In this document: positions 41,286 to 50,241 of the stretch, piece by piece
Position numbering within the stretch: position 1 is the stretch's first letter
How the letters are laid out: each line of letters starts with the position of its first letter
Source of the DNA: Chitinophagales bacterium
Lineage (GTDB): Bacteria > Bacteroidota > Bacteroidia > Chitinophagales > JADIYW01
Assembly (NCBI GenBank): GCA_023957245.1
Contig: JAMLHJ010000001.1
Span: 145,273-209,272, forward strand
Direction: 5' to 3'
Length of the DNA: 64,000 nt
Notes under the pieces: model-generated
What the model saw: the letters and a program-made list of their open reading frames with translations, nothing else
Database searches by the model: none
Told to the model about the DNA's origin: nothing
Position numbers and translations under genes: made by a program

Positions 41286-42146
41286 CTATCTATAAATAAA
41301 TTTAATTAGACGAAACAAACTTTTCTCTTCATACAAGTTCTCACCTCTTTCTAAAACATAATCATGTAACGTTCTCAAATTATATTGAGGAATATAAGGA
41401 TACATATGATGAACTTCGTGATAACCAAGTGAATATGGAGTAAAGAAGAAACTGAGAAATGGAGAAATAATTAAGCTTCTAGTCTGTACTCCTTCAGGCA
41501 AATTAAAATGTTCAGTATATGCTCTCAATCTATTTAATGTTTGAAACACTGTAATATAAGGTACTATCCATAAAAATATAATCACTTGTAATATTGTATT
41601 ATCACTAAAATAATAGAACATGAAAATTGCTAACAATAAACCTACAATCCAAAGCCTTTCATTAGGATTTTTTAAACATCCATAAAGTTTATATTTCAAG
41701 AAGTTATATCCACTCAAATCACCCAAAAGAATTCCAATAAAAGTTCTTTTTTTTAAAGGAAATTGAAATTCTGCATATCTTGACAATTGAAATTCTGGGT
41801 CTTTATCAGTAAGAAAGTTCTTGTGATGACTAAAATGATTATTTCTCATTTTTTGGAGAGAAATAAAAATTGGCCATGCAAGAAAAAGCCTTACTACCCA
41901 ATCATTAAGTATTTTATTTTTACATAATAAATAATGTATTCCATCATGGATTAAGCTATAAAATGCATACATCCTTGTTCCAATAACAAAGATGAATATG
42001 GGTAACAAATAATAGGAAATAGGTTTTAGAAAAATAAATAATAAAAAACAAGAAATAATAATCACCCATTCAAATAAAACAATAAATAAAGACTTCAGTT
42101 GATTCAATTTGCTCAATGAGCGAATATTTTCATCTAGGACTCTCAT
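41286..42146 (-). CDS. Membrane fatty acid desaturase-family protein
   Basis: His boxes HDGIH, HFSHH and HEVHH. DPE and EH motifs. Confidence 0.85.
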   Translation of the reverse strand: MRVLDENIRSLSKLNQLKSLFIVLFEWVIIISCFLLFIFLKPISYYLLPIFIFVIGTRMYAFYSLIHDGIHYLLCKNKILNDWVVRLFLAWPIFISLQKMRNNHFSHHKNFLTDKDPEFQLSRYAEFQFPLKKRTFIGILLGDLSGYNFLKYKLYGCLKNPNERLWIVGLLLAIFMFYYFSDNTILQVIIFLWIVPYITVFQTLNRLRAYTEHFNLPEGVQTRSLIISPFLSFFFTPYSLGYHEVHHMYPYIPQYNLRTLHDYVLERGENLYEEKSLFRLIKFIYR

Positions 42147-42262
42147 AACATCTACTAAAATACAATTTATTGTTCAAATTCACTTACTTCAACTTATAAG
42201 ATAAATACTTATATCTCTTGATTTCAATAGTTTTAATAACTTCATAGCTTTCAATCTCAATA

Positions 42263-43717
42263 ATGAATTCAAAGCTAAAAAAGTTTGCACCACTTATCAT
42301 ATCTATTATAGTTCTTGTAATAATTGCTTTAGCATCTATACTATTTTTCTATAAAGAGAAGATACTAGTAGATACAGGCTATAGAGTATTTTATATGATT
42401 AATGCTGATGACTTTTGCTTTTCAAATAACAGATATATTCTTATTTTAAACCAATTAATTCCCCTATTGTTATACAATGCCTCATACTCTCTTAAAATAA
42501 TTATACAAACACTGACCATCAGTGATATTCTTTTTTACACAATAGGCGCACTAATTTCACATTTTCTATTCAAACAATATTTATACACACTCATTTTTCC
42601 CTTAGGATATGTTTTCATGTTTGGGTATATTTATTTTCACATCCCAGACAATGAGATTCATTTACAAACGGCCTTCATATATATTCTGGGACTTTGGTAT
42701 ATAAGTGGATATCCATTAACAATAACTTCTTGGGTAGGTATTTTTATAACACTTATTATAATACTTCTTGGGCATCCTATTGGGATTCCTTCCTCAATAG
42801 CCCTAGTAGGTTTAATTTGGTTGAGACACCCACTTTCAAAATTAAAAACGACAATATTACTCCTATTAATTTTATGCCTAGCATTTTTAAGATGGTATAT
42901 ACAAGATGCTTATGAAACTTCTGTTATCAATAATATAAATAGTAATGCCATCTTTTCAAATATGAGTGAGAAATTCAATCAAATCCTATTTATAATTAAA
43001 ACCCATCCCTTCTTCACTCTTTTCTTTTTCTTTTTATATATCAGACTTTTTCAAATCCAAAAATATAAAGAGTTAATACTCATTTCAGCTCTCATTCTAC
43101 TCAATTTCAGCTTACTATTTACTCAAAAAAATGGAGCTTATTTTGAACCATATTTAGTGCCATTAAGTGGTGTACTATTGATTATGACCTTTAAAAATGT
43201 GCTTCAACCATTATATAATAAACAACCCATTGTTACCATCTCCATTCTAATATTATTCTTTATTACTGAAATATCTGCCATTGCACCACACTATAAAAAA
43301 TATCATCAGAAAGTGCAATTCGTTGAAAGTTTGATTCAAAAATCTGATGCATATCCCAAAAATCAACGCTTTTTGTACGACAACAATATAGATAGTACAA
43401 AAAATTTTGAAAGCAGTTTTGAATATGCTTCTAGTATGTTACTTAGCACATTAAACGGAAAGTCAAAAGTATTTATCCCTACTAATAGTATTCCCAATTC
43501 TATTGGCTCGATATTGCCTTTTTTAGATACACAAACAAAAAAGGTTCTCTTTCCTGACTCAACAAATATTCATTCAACTGCGCAACTTATTCACTATGCA
43601 AATATTTTTTACAATGAAGAATATAAATATATTAATGCTCCGCAAGTCTGGTTTTCAGGTCAATTAAATGAAAAATACTTTAAAATGAATACTACTGAAT
43701 TTATTCTCTTAAAATAA
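42263..43717 (+). CDS. Polytopic membrane protein, possible GT-C
   Basis: About 11 TM segments, acidic residues (DTG...NADDF) in the first loop, soluble C-terminal domain. Confidence 0.4.
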   Translation: MNSKLKKFAPLIISIIVLVIIALASILFFYKEKILVDTGYRVFYMINADDFCFSNNRYILILNQLIPLLLYNASYSLKIIIQTLTISDILFYTIGALISHFLFKQYLYTLIFPLGYVFMFGYIYFHIPDNEIHLQTAFIYILGLWYISGYPLTITSWVGIFITLIIILLGHPIGIPSSIALVGLIWLRHPLSKLKTTILLLLILCLAFLRWYIQDAYETSVINNINSNAIFSNMSEKFNQILFIIKTHPFFTLFFFFLYIRLFQIQKYKELILISALILLNFSLLFTQKNGAYFEPYLVPLSGVLLIMTFKNVLQPLYNKQPIVTISILILFFITEISAIAPHYKKYHQKVQFVESLIQKSDAYPKNQRFLYDNNIDSTKNFESSFEYASSMLLSTLNGKSKVFIPTNSIPNSIGSILPFLDTQTKKVLFPDSTNIHSTAQLIHYANIFYNEEYKYINAPQVWFSGQLNEKYFKMNTTEFILLK

Positions 43718-43762
43718 CATTACAGTAGTATTCATCCCAACTTTATAAAAAACTCCAACTAT

Positions 43763-44968
43763 TTACAATTTGTTCAAAACAAAGTACTTATAATAAACAA
43801 CCTTAGGAATAATATTCAACTTGGAAAGTAACTTTATCACTCCTCTAAATGGCCTTATCCAATTAAACATCGTATTATAATCTCTGAAGTCTTTAGTAGG
43901 CAATGCCATCCATTCTTCAAACTGTTCTTTTGTCACCCCTAGCTTTTTCAGACAAGCATCAATCACTACTGGGTCTTCAATCTTATATATCCCATGTGCT
44001 CTTTTTATTGCTTCTTCTCTTGACAAAAATCCAGAACGTACCAGTGCTGCATCACTATTCATGTTCATATCAACATCAAATTTTACTCGATGAACATACT
44101 TAATTAAACTATGGTATAAATCATCAAAATAATGTGCTCCAGGATAAATCCAATCCAATTCCTCCTCAATCTTTTTCTGAGCTTCTGGACGAATATAGTC
44201 CCAATAATATAAGGGTGTATATGTCCTTATACCTTTAATAAATGAATAATAAAACAATTCTTTGACCCCAAAATTGTACCCTGGTTGGTATGGAGACCAT
44301 TTTGCTAATTTCAAACTACCAAACTTTTTATGAACATCACGAAGATAATCTCCATCAAAAAACGACCACACCAAAGGTTTGGTACCTTCAGTTCTAAATG
44401 ATTGTCCTATAAATACATACTTAATACCTTCTTTAGCAGCTTCACTATATAAAGAAGACGCAATACCAATATCAGTACCCATATTCATGTCAGGCGTAGA
44501 TGCTTTTAAAAAATCAATTTTCAACTCTTTAGCTTCTTCCCAATCTGATACAACATTTCTGAAATCCACACCTAAAATCTTACAGGCTTTTACCATATTA
44601 TCTGTAGCAATAGGATTGTCAAACCAATCATCAAAATGAACCGCTAAAGGTCTCAATCCCCATATTTTCACTAAAAAATAAAGTAAATAAATACTATCTC
44701 GACCTCCACTCACTCCAGCAACACAATCATATTTTTTCCCTTTACCTTGTTTTTTAACTTTAGCAAAAAGCTCAGTTAATATTTTCAAACCTTTTTCACC
44801 ATTAGGAAAAATATCTTCCATCATATCATGAAAATGACAGTAATTGCATTCACCAGACTTGTCAAAAGTAATATAAGGAATACTAGTATCCTGACAACAT
44901 CTAGTACAAACTTGCCCTCTATGACTATCGAGATTTAGGTCAGAGGATATTGAATAAGAAGTTTCCAT
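43763..44968 (-). CDS. N-acetyl sugar amidotransferase (WbpG-like PP-loop ATPase)
   Basis: CTRC...FD.SG.CNYC, YDCVAGVSGGRDS, LRPLAVHFD, GQSFRTEG, SREEA. Confidence 0.88.
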   Translation of the reverse strand: METSYSISSDLNLDSHRGQVCTRCCQDTSIPYITFDKSGECNYCHFHDMMEDIFPNGEKGLKILTELFAKVKKQGKGKKYDCVAGVSGGRDSIYLLYFLVKIWGLRPLAVHFDDWFDNPIATDNMVKACKILGVDFRNVVSDWEEAKELKIDFLKASTPDMNMGTDIGIASSLYSEAAKEGIKYVFIGQSFRTEGTKPLVWSFFDGDYLRDVHKKFGSLKLAKWSPYQPGYNFGVKELFYYSFIKGIRTYTPLYYWDYIRPEAQKKIEEELDWIYPGAHYFDDLYHSLIKYVHRVKFDVDMNMNSDAALVRSGFLSREEAIKRAHGIYKIEDPVVIDACLKKLGVTKEQFEEWMALPTKDFRDYNTMFNWIRPFRGVIKLLSKLNIIPKVVYYKYFVLNKL

Positions 44969-45022
44969 GCAGATTATTTATTTCATAAAAATAAAATAAT
45001 TTCCTCAACAGTTCCAAATACT

Positions 45023-46138
45023 TTATTTAAAAAAATTAAAAATATTTTCAATTATTTTTTCCTGTTCTTCATTTTTTAATAGAAAATATTGAGGAAGTCT
45101 TAATAATTTAGCACTTTCTTTAGAAGTATTAATATCTTCTCCTGAGAAATACCCATGCTTTTTCCCATAGGGAGATGTATGTAATGGAGTGTAATGAAAG
45201 GTGGCATCTACTCCATCTTTTCTCAAATAATCAATCAGTTTATTCCTTTCATTTAGATCATTTAACTTTATCCAGAACAAATGTCCATTGTGTTGGGCAT
45301 ACTCAGGAACTTTTGCAAGTTTTATTTTACCCTCATTCTCTAAGACTTGTAATTCCTTAAAATAAAAATTCCAATTACTGACATACTTATCCACTATCTC
45401 TTCTGTATGCTCTAGTTGAGCTTGAAGTATAACAGCGAGATGTTCAGCAAGAAGAGAATTAGTTCCTACATGTTGCCATTCATAAGAAGATACATGACCT
45501 TGCATGAATAACTTCTTATTTGTTCCAAAATAATAAGATTGGACAAATGAATTCATAAAATCTATATGATTGATAGTTATACCTCCACCTTCGTCACAAC
45601 TGATATTTTTATAAAAATCAAAACTCAATGTAGAAATATCTCCACAAGTCCCAAGATAAGCATCTCGATACTTTGCATCTATCCCATGAGCATTATCCTC
45701 TATTAGAACTAATGAATTTTGTCGGCAAATATTTCTTATCCTATCATAATCACATGCAACGCTCCCATAGTTAATTGTAATAACAGCAACAGTATTCTCA
45801 TTTATAGCATTCTCTATAGCACCTGCACTAATATTCATCGTATCAGGTTCACAATCTACAAATACACATTTTAACCCATTAATAACCACAGAATTAGCTA
45901 AAGAAACAAAACCATAAGATGGAATAATCACTTCCTTTCCTTTAGGAAAACCAAGAGTCATCAACGCTAAATTAAGCGATTGGGTACAAGATTTAGTAAG
46001 AAAAAAATTCTGATAAGAATATTTTTCAACCAAATATTTTTCAACCAAATTTCTGGGATTGATAACTTTTCCTTGATAAAAATTATTTAGGCTTCTTAAT
46101 TCATCTGCCAAATGGTTCTTTTTGAAAAAGGGTATCAT
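45023..46138 (-). CDS. wecE: dTDP-4-amino-4,6-dideoxygalactose transaminase-like (WecE/RffA)
   Basis: TKSCT.SL, IEDNAHG, LGT.GDI..LSF...KN..C.EGG, GT..FF.G.V..Y.W...G.N, HNGHLF, FHY.PLH.SPYG. Confidence 0.8.
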   Translation of the reverse strand: MIPFFKKNHLADELRSLNNFYQGKVINPRNLVEKYLVEKYSYQNFFLTKSCTQSLNLALMTLGFPKGKEVIIPSYGFVSLANSVVINGLKCVFVDCEPDTMNISAGAIENAINENTVAVITINYGSVACDYDRIRNICRQNSLVLIEDNAHGIDAKYRDAYLGTCGDISTLSFDFYKNISCDEGGGITINHIDFMNSFVQSYYFGTNKKLFMQGHVSSYEWQHVGTNSLLAEHLAVILQAQLEHTEEIVDKYVSNWNFYFKELQVLENEGKIKLAKVPEYAQHNGHLFWIKLNDLNERNKLIDYLRKDGVDATFHYTPLHTSPYGKKHGYFSGEDINTSKESAKLLRLPQYFLLKNEEQEKIIENIFNFFK

Positions 46139-46281
46139 CTAAAACTAACAATATCAAAATTGTTACAAGATAATGAAATGTGAGTAATTAATTCTAAATT
46201 ATGCTTTTTACAACACTATTATCTCTATCCAACTAATATTTGCTTACTTAAACTATTGCTATATTTTTATAAAAAAGTATA

Positions 46282-46917
46282 TTAAGCACCATTCACAACA
46301 TCTTGAAAACTTTGCACCATCTGTGCAGGTATTGCTGTTGAAAAAATAGCAGAAGATACAGCTACACCATAAACTCCCAATTTCAATAATGAAGGAACAT
46401 CTTCCAAACGAATACCTCCTATCGCAATAATCGGAAAATTGATGAGATTATCTTTCATTTCTGTAATGAACTCTTTATACTTCTGAAGCCCTAGAGTTAG
46501 ATTCATACTCTTTTTAGTAGGCGTAAATTTATATGGACCTATAACGGCATAATCAGCTCCAGAATGACTCAGCTCAATAATATCTTCAATCGAACTCCCA
46601 GTCCCTCCTATTATCTTATCTTTTCCCAACAAGGCTCTCGCAGAATGTATCGGCATATCATCTTTCCCCAAATGCACACCATCTGCATCTACTTCTATTG
46701 CCATCTGGACGCTATCATTAATAATTAATTTAGCACCATAATTTCTACAAATCCCAACTGACTCTTTGGCAATAGCACGCCACTTCTCACAATTTGTATC
46801 TTTAATTCTCAGCTGTATCCATTTGGCTCCACTTTTACAAGCCAATTCAACTTGTTCTATATGTGGTAAAGTATCCAAATCTTGTGTAATCACATGCAAT
46901 TTGCTAATCATCTCCAT
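46282..46917 (-). CDS. thiE: Thiamine-phosphate synthase
   Basis: WIQLR.K, LIIND, DGVHLGKDDM, IIGGT, GP..FT.TK, AIGGI, GVAVSSAI. Confidence 0.88.
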   Translation of the reverse strand: MEMISKLHVITQDLDTLPHIEQVELACKSGAKWIQLRIKDTNCEKWRAIAKESVGICRNYGAKLIINDSVQMAIEVDADGVHLGKDDMPIHSARALLGKDKIIGGTGSSIEDIIELSHSGADYAVIGPYKFTPTKKSMNLTLGLQKYKEFITEMKDNLINFPIIAIGGIRLEDVPSLLKLGVYGVAVSSAIFSTAIPAQMVQSFQDVVNGA

Positions 46918-46992
46918 TACGCATTATTCAAATCTAGTTAATCAATTATTCCCTTTTGTGCCACAATATCTTTGCCACAATATCCAATTTTA

Positions 46993-47589
46993 TTAAATAT
47001 TGCCATTTCGTCTGCTTTTAAATCTTTCAACAACACTATCTGGCTCATTCCACAAATATTGGGTATAATCATACGCACAAAGATAATCATCATACTGCTC
47101 ATTATCATCAGAATACTTTATCGACAAACAAGTAGTTGATTGTTCCCTTTTTGTTATATACTCCACCCAATTATGGTTCATATACTCCTCATTTTCTAAT
47201 ACATCCAAAGAAGTTTCTACAATAATCAAATCAAATTTTGAATCATACTTCCTCAGACTCTCTAAATCATTAACGACAAGAACACTCAATTTATTTTGAG
47301 ATTTTAAAAGTCTAATATTTTCAAACAAATCTTTATCTGACAACTGATTAACTATATCCATATCAAAAACAAATCCTCCTAAATTCAAATCATGCAATAA
47401 TTGAAAATCATAAGTCAGTATTTTTGATTCATACCCATAAGGAAACTGTTCGATATAAGCATACCAATAAGACATCTCAATTCCTGACTTCCTTAAAATC
47501 AAATGATCTATTCCTAAATCGAAAAGTGCAGAAATCTTTTCAATTTCTGTATGAATGTCTATTTCAGGTGTAAAGATAATTCCTTTCAT
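46993..47589 (-). CDS. Degenerate ThiE/TenI-like protein
   Basis: IIFTPE...E...I..LF..G...L.LRK matches the Bacteroidota thiE-like paralog. Lies directly upstream of thiE. Start moved to ATG 47589. Confidence 0.5.
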   Translation of the reverse strand: MKGIIFTPEIDIHTEIEKISALFDLGIDHLILRKSGIEMSYWYAYIEQFPYGYESKILTYDFQLLHDLNLGGFVFDMDIVNQLSDKDLFENIRLLKSQNKLSVLVVNDLESLRKYDSKFDLIIVETSLDVLENEEYMNHNWVEYITKREQSTTCLSIKYSDDNEQYDDYLCAYDYTQYLWNEPDSVVERFKSRRNGNI

Positions 47590-47606
47590 ATTTGAACTGC
47601 TATTCT

Positions 47607-49208
47607 TTATTCTGGATGATAAATTCCCCATCTATTGACATTTGCACTTGCAAAATCTGGTTTATACTTCTCGGGAATATTTCCTTCCAACATAGAACCT
47701 ACTTCAGCCGAAGGGAATATTTCTTCGTAAGTCATCATCTTATTTAGATAAACTCTACGATAAATATGTGAACGAGTCAGATTTTTCATTTCATCCAATC
47801 CAGATGCACCTAAAAGTTCAACAAAATTTTTAATTGTAGCTTTATGATAATTTGCCAACCTGACTTTTTTATCATCTACAACTAACCCTACTGTCAATTT
47901 TGGATCATGAGTCGTAATACCAGTTGGACATCTATTGGTATTACACAATAATGCTTGAATACATCCTATTGCTACCATCATAGCACGAGCCGAGTTACAA
48001 GTATCTGCACCTAAGGCTATCGTTCTAGCAATATCAAATCCCGTTATCATTTTTCCAGACGCAATAATTTTAATATGCTTTCTGATATTCAATCCATTCA
48101 AAATATTTTGAACAAATGCCAAACTATCCAGTAATGGCGCACCTACATAATTTGAAAACTCTTGAGGAGCTGCACCTGTACCACCTTCTCCTCCATCTAC
48201 TGTAATGAAATCTGGATAAATATCCAATTGAATCATCGCCTGACAAATCGAAATAAACTCACTCTTATGTCCTATACAAATCTTAAATCCAACTGGTTTT
48301 CCACCAGAAAGCTCTCTTAGCTGTTGAATAAATTTTACCATCTCTAATGGCGTACTAAATGCGGAGTGATATGGAGGTGAAGCTACAATCGTATGCGGTT
48401 GAATATGACGAATCTTGGCAATCTCTTCAGTATTTTTAGAAGCTGGGAGTATTCCTCCATGACCAGGCTTAGCACCTTGAGAAAGTTTCAATTCAATCAT
48501 TTTCACATTTGAAATCTTAGCTTTCTCTGCAAATAAATCAGGAGAAAAGAACCCTTTTTCATCTCTACAACCAAAATACCCTGTTCCTATTTGCCATATC
48601 AAATCACCTCCATGTTTCAAATGATAAGTACTAATGCCTCCTTCTCCTGTATTTTGGGCAAATCCACCTATTTGAGCTCCTGCATTCATAGCTTCAACCG
48701 CTTGAGAGCTTAACGCTCCATAACTCATAGCTGAAACATTGAAAATACTAGCAGAATAGGGTTGTTTACAATCTTTATTGCCAAAAATAACCCTTGGATT
48801 ATGGTCTAATTTTTCAAAAGCTTTAGGTGCAATAGAGTGGCACATCCATTCATATCCTTCTGCATAAACATCCAACTGTGTACCAAATGGTATTGTATCT
48901 GTTTCATTTTTAGAACGCTGATATATAGTAGAGCGATCCACTCTATTGATAGGTCTTCCATCTATATCTGACTCAACAAAATATTGGTAAATTTTTGGCC
49001 GCAATTCTTCCATTACATACCTCAACCTACCAAACAGTGGATAGATACGTCTGATAGTGTGCTTGGTCTGGAACATGTCTATATAACCCATAATGGTCAA
49101 TATCAAAACGATAATAAATATGACCCACCAATTTTTATCCATATAAAGAGACAATCCTAAGGTTACTGCTAAAAAGAAACTAGAACCTATCACAAAATCA
49201 CGACGCAT
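47607..49208 (-). CDS. FMN-binding glutamate synthase family protein
   Basis: SAMSYGALS, NTGEGG, IWQIGTGYFGCR, ELKLSQGAKPGHGG, ITVDGGEGGTGAAP, CIQAL.CNTN.CPTGITT. Confidence 0.92.
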   Translation of the reverse strand: MRRDFVIGSSFFLAVTLGLSLYMDKNWWVIFIIVLILTIMGYIDMFQTKHTIRRIYPLFGRLRYVMEELRPKIYQYFVESDIDGRPINRVDRSTIYQRSKNETDTIPFGTQLDVYAEGYEWMCHSIAPKAFEKLDHNPRVIFGNKDCKQPYSASIFNVSAMSYGALSSQAVEAMNAGAQIGGFAQNTGEGGISTYHLKHGGDLIWQIGTGYFGCRDEKGFFSPDLFAEKAKISNVKMIELKLSQGAKPGHGGILPASKNTEEIAKIRHIQPHTIVASPPYHSAFSTPLEMVKFIQQLRELSGGKPVGFKICIGHKSEFISICQAMIQLDIYPDFITVDGGEGGTGAAPQEFSNYVGAPLLDSLAFVQNILNGLNIRKHIKIIASGKMITGFDIARTIALGADTCNSARAMMVAIGCIQALLCNTNRCPTGITTHDPKLTVGLVVDDKKVRLANYHKATIKNFVELLGASGLDEMKNLTRSHIYRRVYLNKMMTYEEIFPSAEVGSMLEGNIPEKYKPDFASANVNRWGIYHPE

Positions 49209-49545
49209 AACAATATTATTTATCTCATTTCAATTTAATGATAAATAATATAATAACAGAAACTTTTCAGTTTTAAAAACAAATAATTGCAAGTTTTAAT
49301 ATTTTTTTAGAGCATCCACACCGTAAATAAATGTTTCAATCATTGTTCTATATAGGCTGAACCACAGTTCGGCAAACTCAAGCACCAGATTATTCATCTT
49401 ACAACATTCCCACATTTCCAAATCTCCACATCATTTCATTGCTTCATTATTAAACTATTACACAAAAGACACTAAGAAGGCACAAAAGACGCAAAGCAAA
49501 AAAATTGTGAAACTCTGTACTTCATTGTGAAACTTTGTGGAATAA

Positions 49546-49750
49546 CTTAGCGTACTTTGCGGTTGAAATTCTAGATAGTATCAGCTATTTCTTCAAAACT
49601 CGACTTCGTCTCAAACAGTTGAAGAAATCACGCTTTCTTCGTATAGTGGGTGCCCAGCTTCAAAATCTATGGAGCAGGACGCATTCGCAATGTGTAATAC
49701 TACCTATCACTCCGTGTCTTTTGTGTAGAAACTTAGTGTACTTTGTGGTT
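49546..49750. repeat. Dispersed CTTAG(C/T)GTACTTTG(C/T)GGTT REP-like motifs
   Basis: Copies at 49546-49564 and 49732-49750, further copies at 50036 and 56683, and an inverted variant near 49462. Confidence 0.65.
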
Positions 49751-49790
49751 AAATTGTATTTCTTAGAGCAGAATGCCCAAATAGAGCAAT

Positions 49791-49863
49791 GTCATTCCTG
49801 CGGAAGCAGGAATCTCATGAAAGGTAAAATTAGGTTGGAGATTCCCATTTTCATGGGAATGAC
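49791..49863. repeat. REP-like palindromic doublet (GTCATTCC...GGAATGAC) with an ATTCCC-N8-GGGAAT core
   Basis: Hairpins ATTCCTGC-ggaa-GCAGGAAT (49794-49813) and ATTCCCAT-tttc-ATGGGAAT (49841-49860). Terminal inverted GTCATTCC/GGAATGAC. Confidence 0.8.
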
Positions 49864-50004
49864 AAAACTAGGAGATAGGGCTTCGACAATCACCAGTATT
49901 TTTCATTCGTACTTCGTACTTTTAATTTTTAAATTTTTACTCTTCTCCATGGTTTCAGCAGGGCTCAACCACCAGCGTTTTCACATCTTCACATTACTTA
50001 ATTG

Positions 50005-50163
50005 CTTCATTAAACTCCGTGAACTTTGTGTAAGACTTAGTGTACTTTGTGATTAGTTTTGGATGACGATATTCTTGAAATCAATAAATGGGTAGCACCT
50101 ACAGAGCAATAGTTGGTCGTTTATTTATTATTACCTAGCGGTAGCCTCTAACGAGGCAAACTC
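50005..50163 (+). repeat. 159-bp direct repeat, copy 1
   Basis: Aligns without gaps to 56652-56810 with about 6 mismatches by eye. Confidence 0.9.
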
Positions 50164-50241
50164 TATTACCTAATTCGTAACTCATAATTTCATTGTCTTG
50201 GCTCTTGATTCTTGATTCTACCCAAATCAAATATCAGTAAA

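Noticed and set aside
49535-50056. 173-aa plus-strand ORF
   Set aside because: It runs through several REP-like palindromes and has no protein-like motif, so it is most likely a chance open frame.
49300-50230. Possible CRISPR array or ncRNA in the repeat-rich gap
   Set aside because: The repeats are heterogeneous, irregularly spaced and of several families. There is no constant repeat-spacer period and no cas gene.
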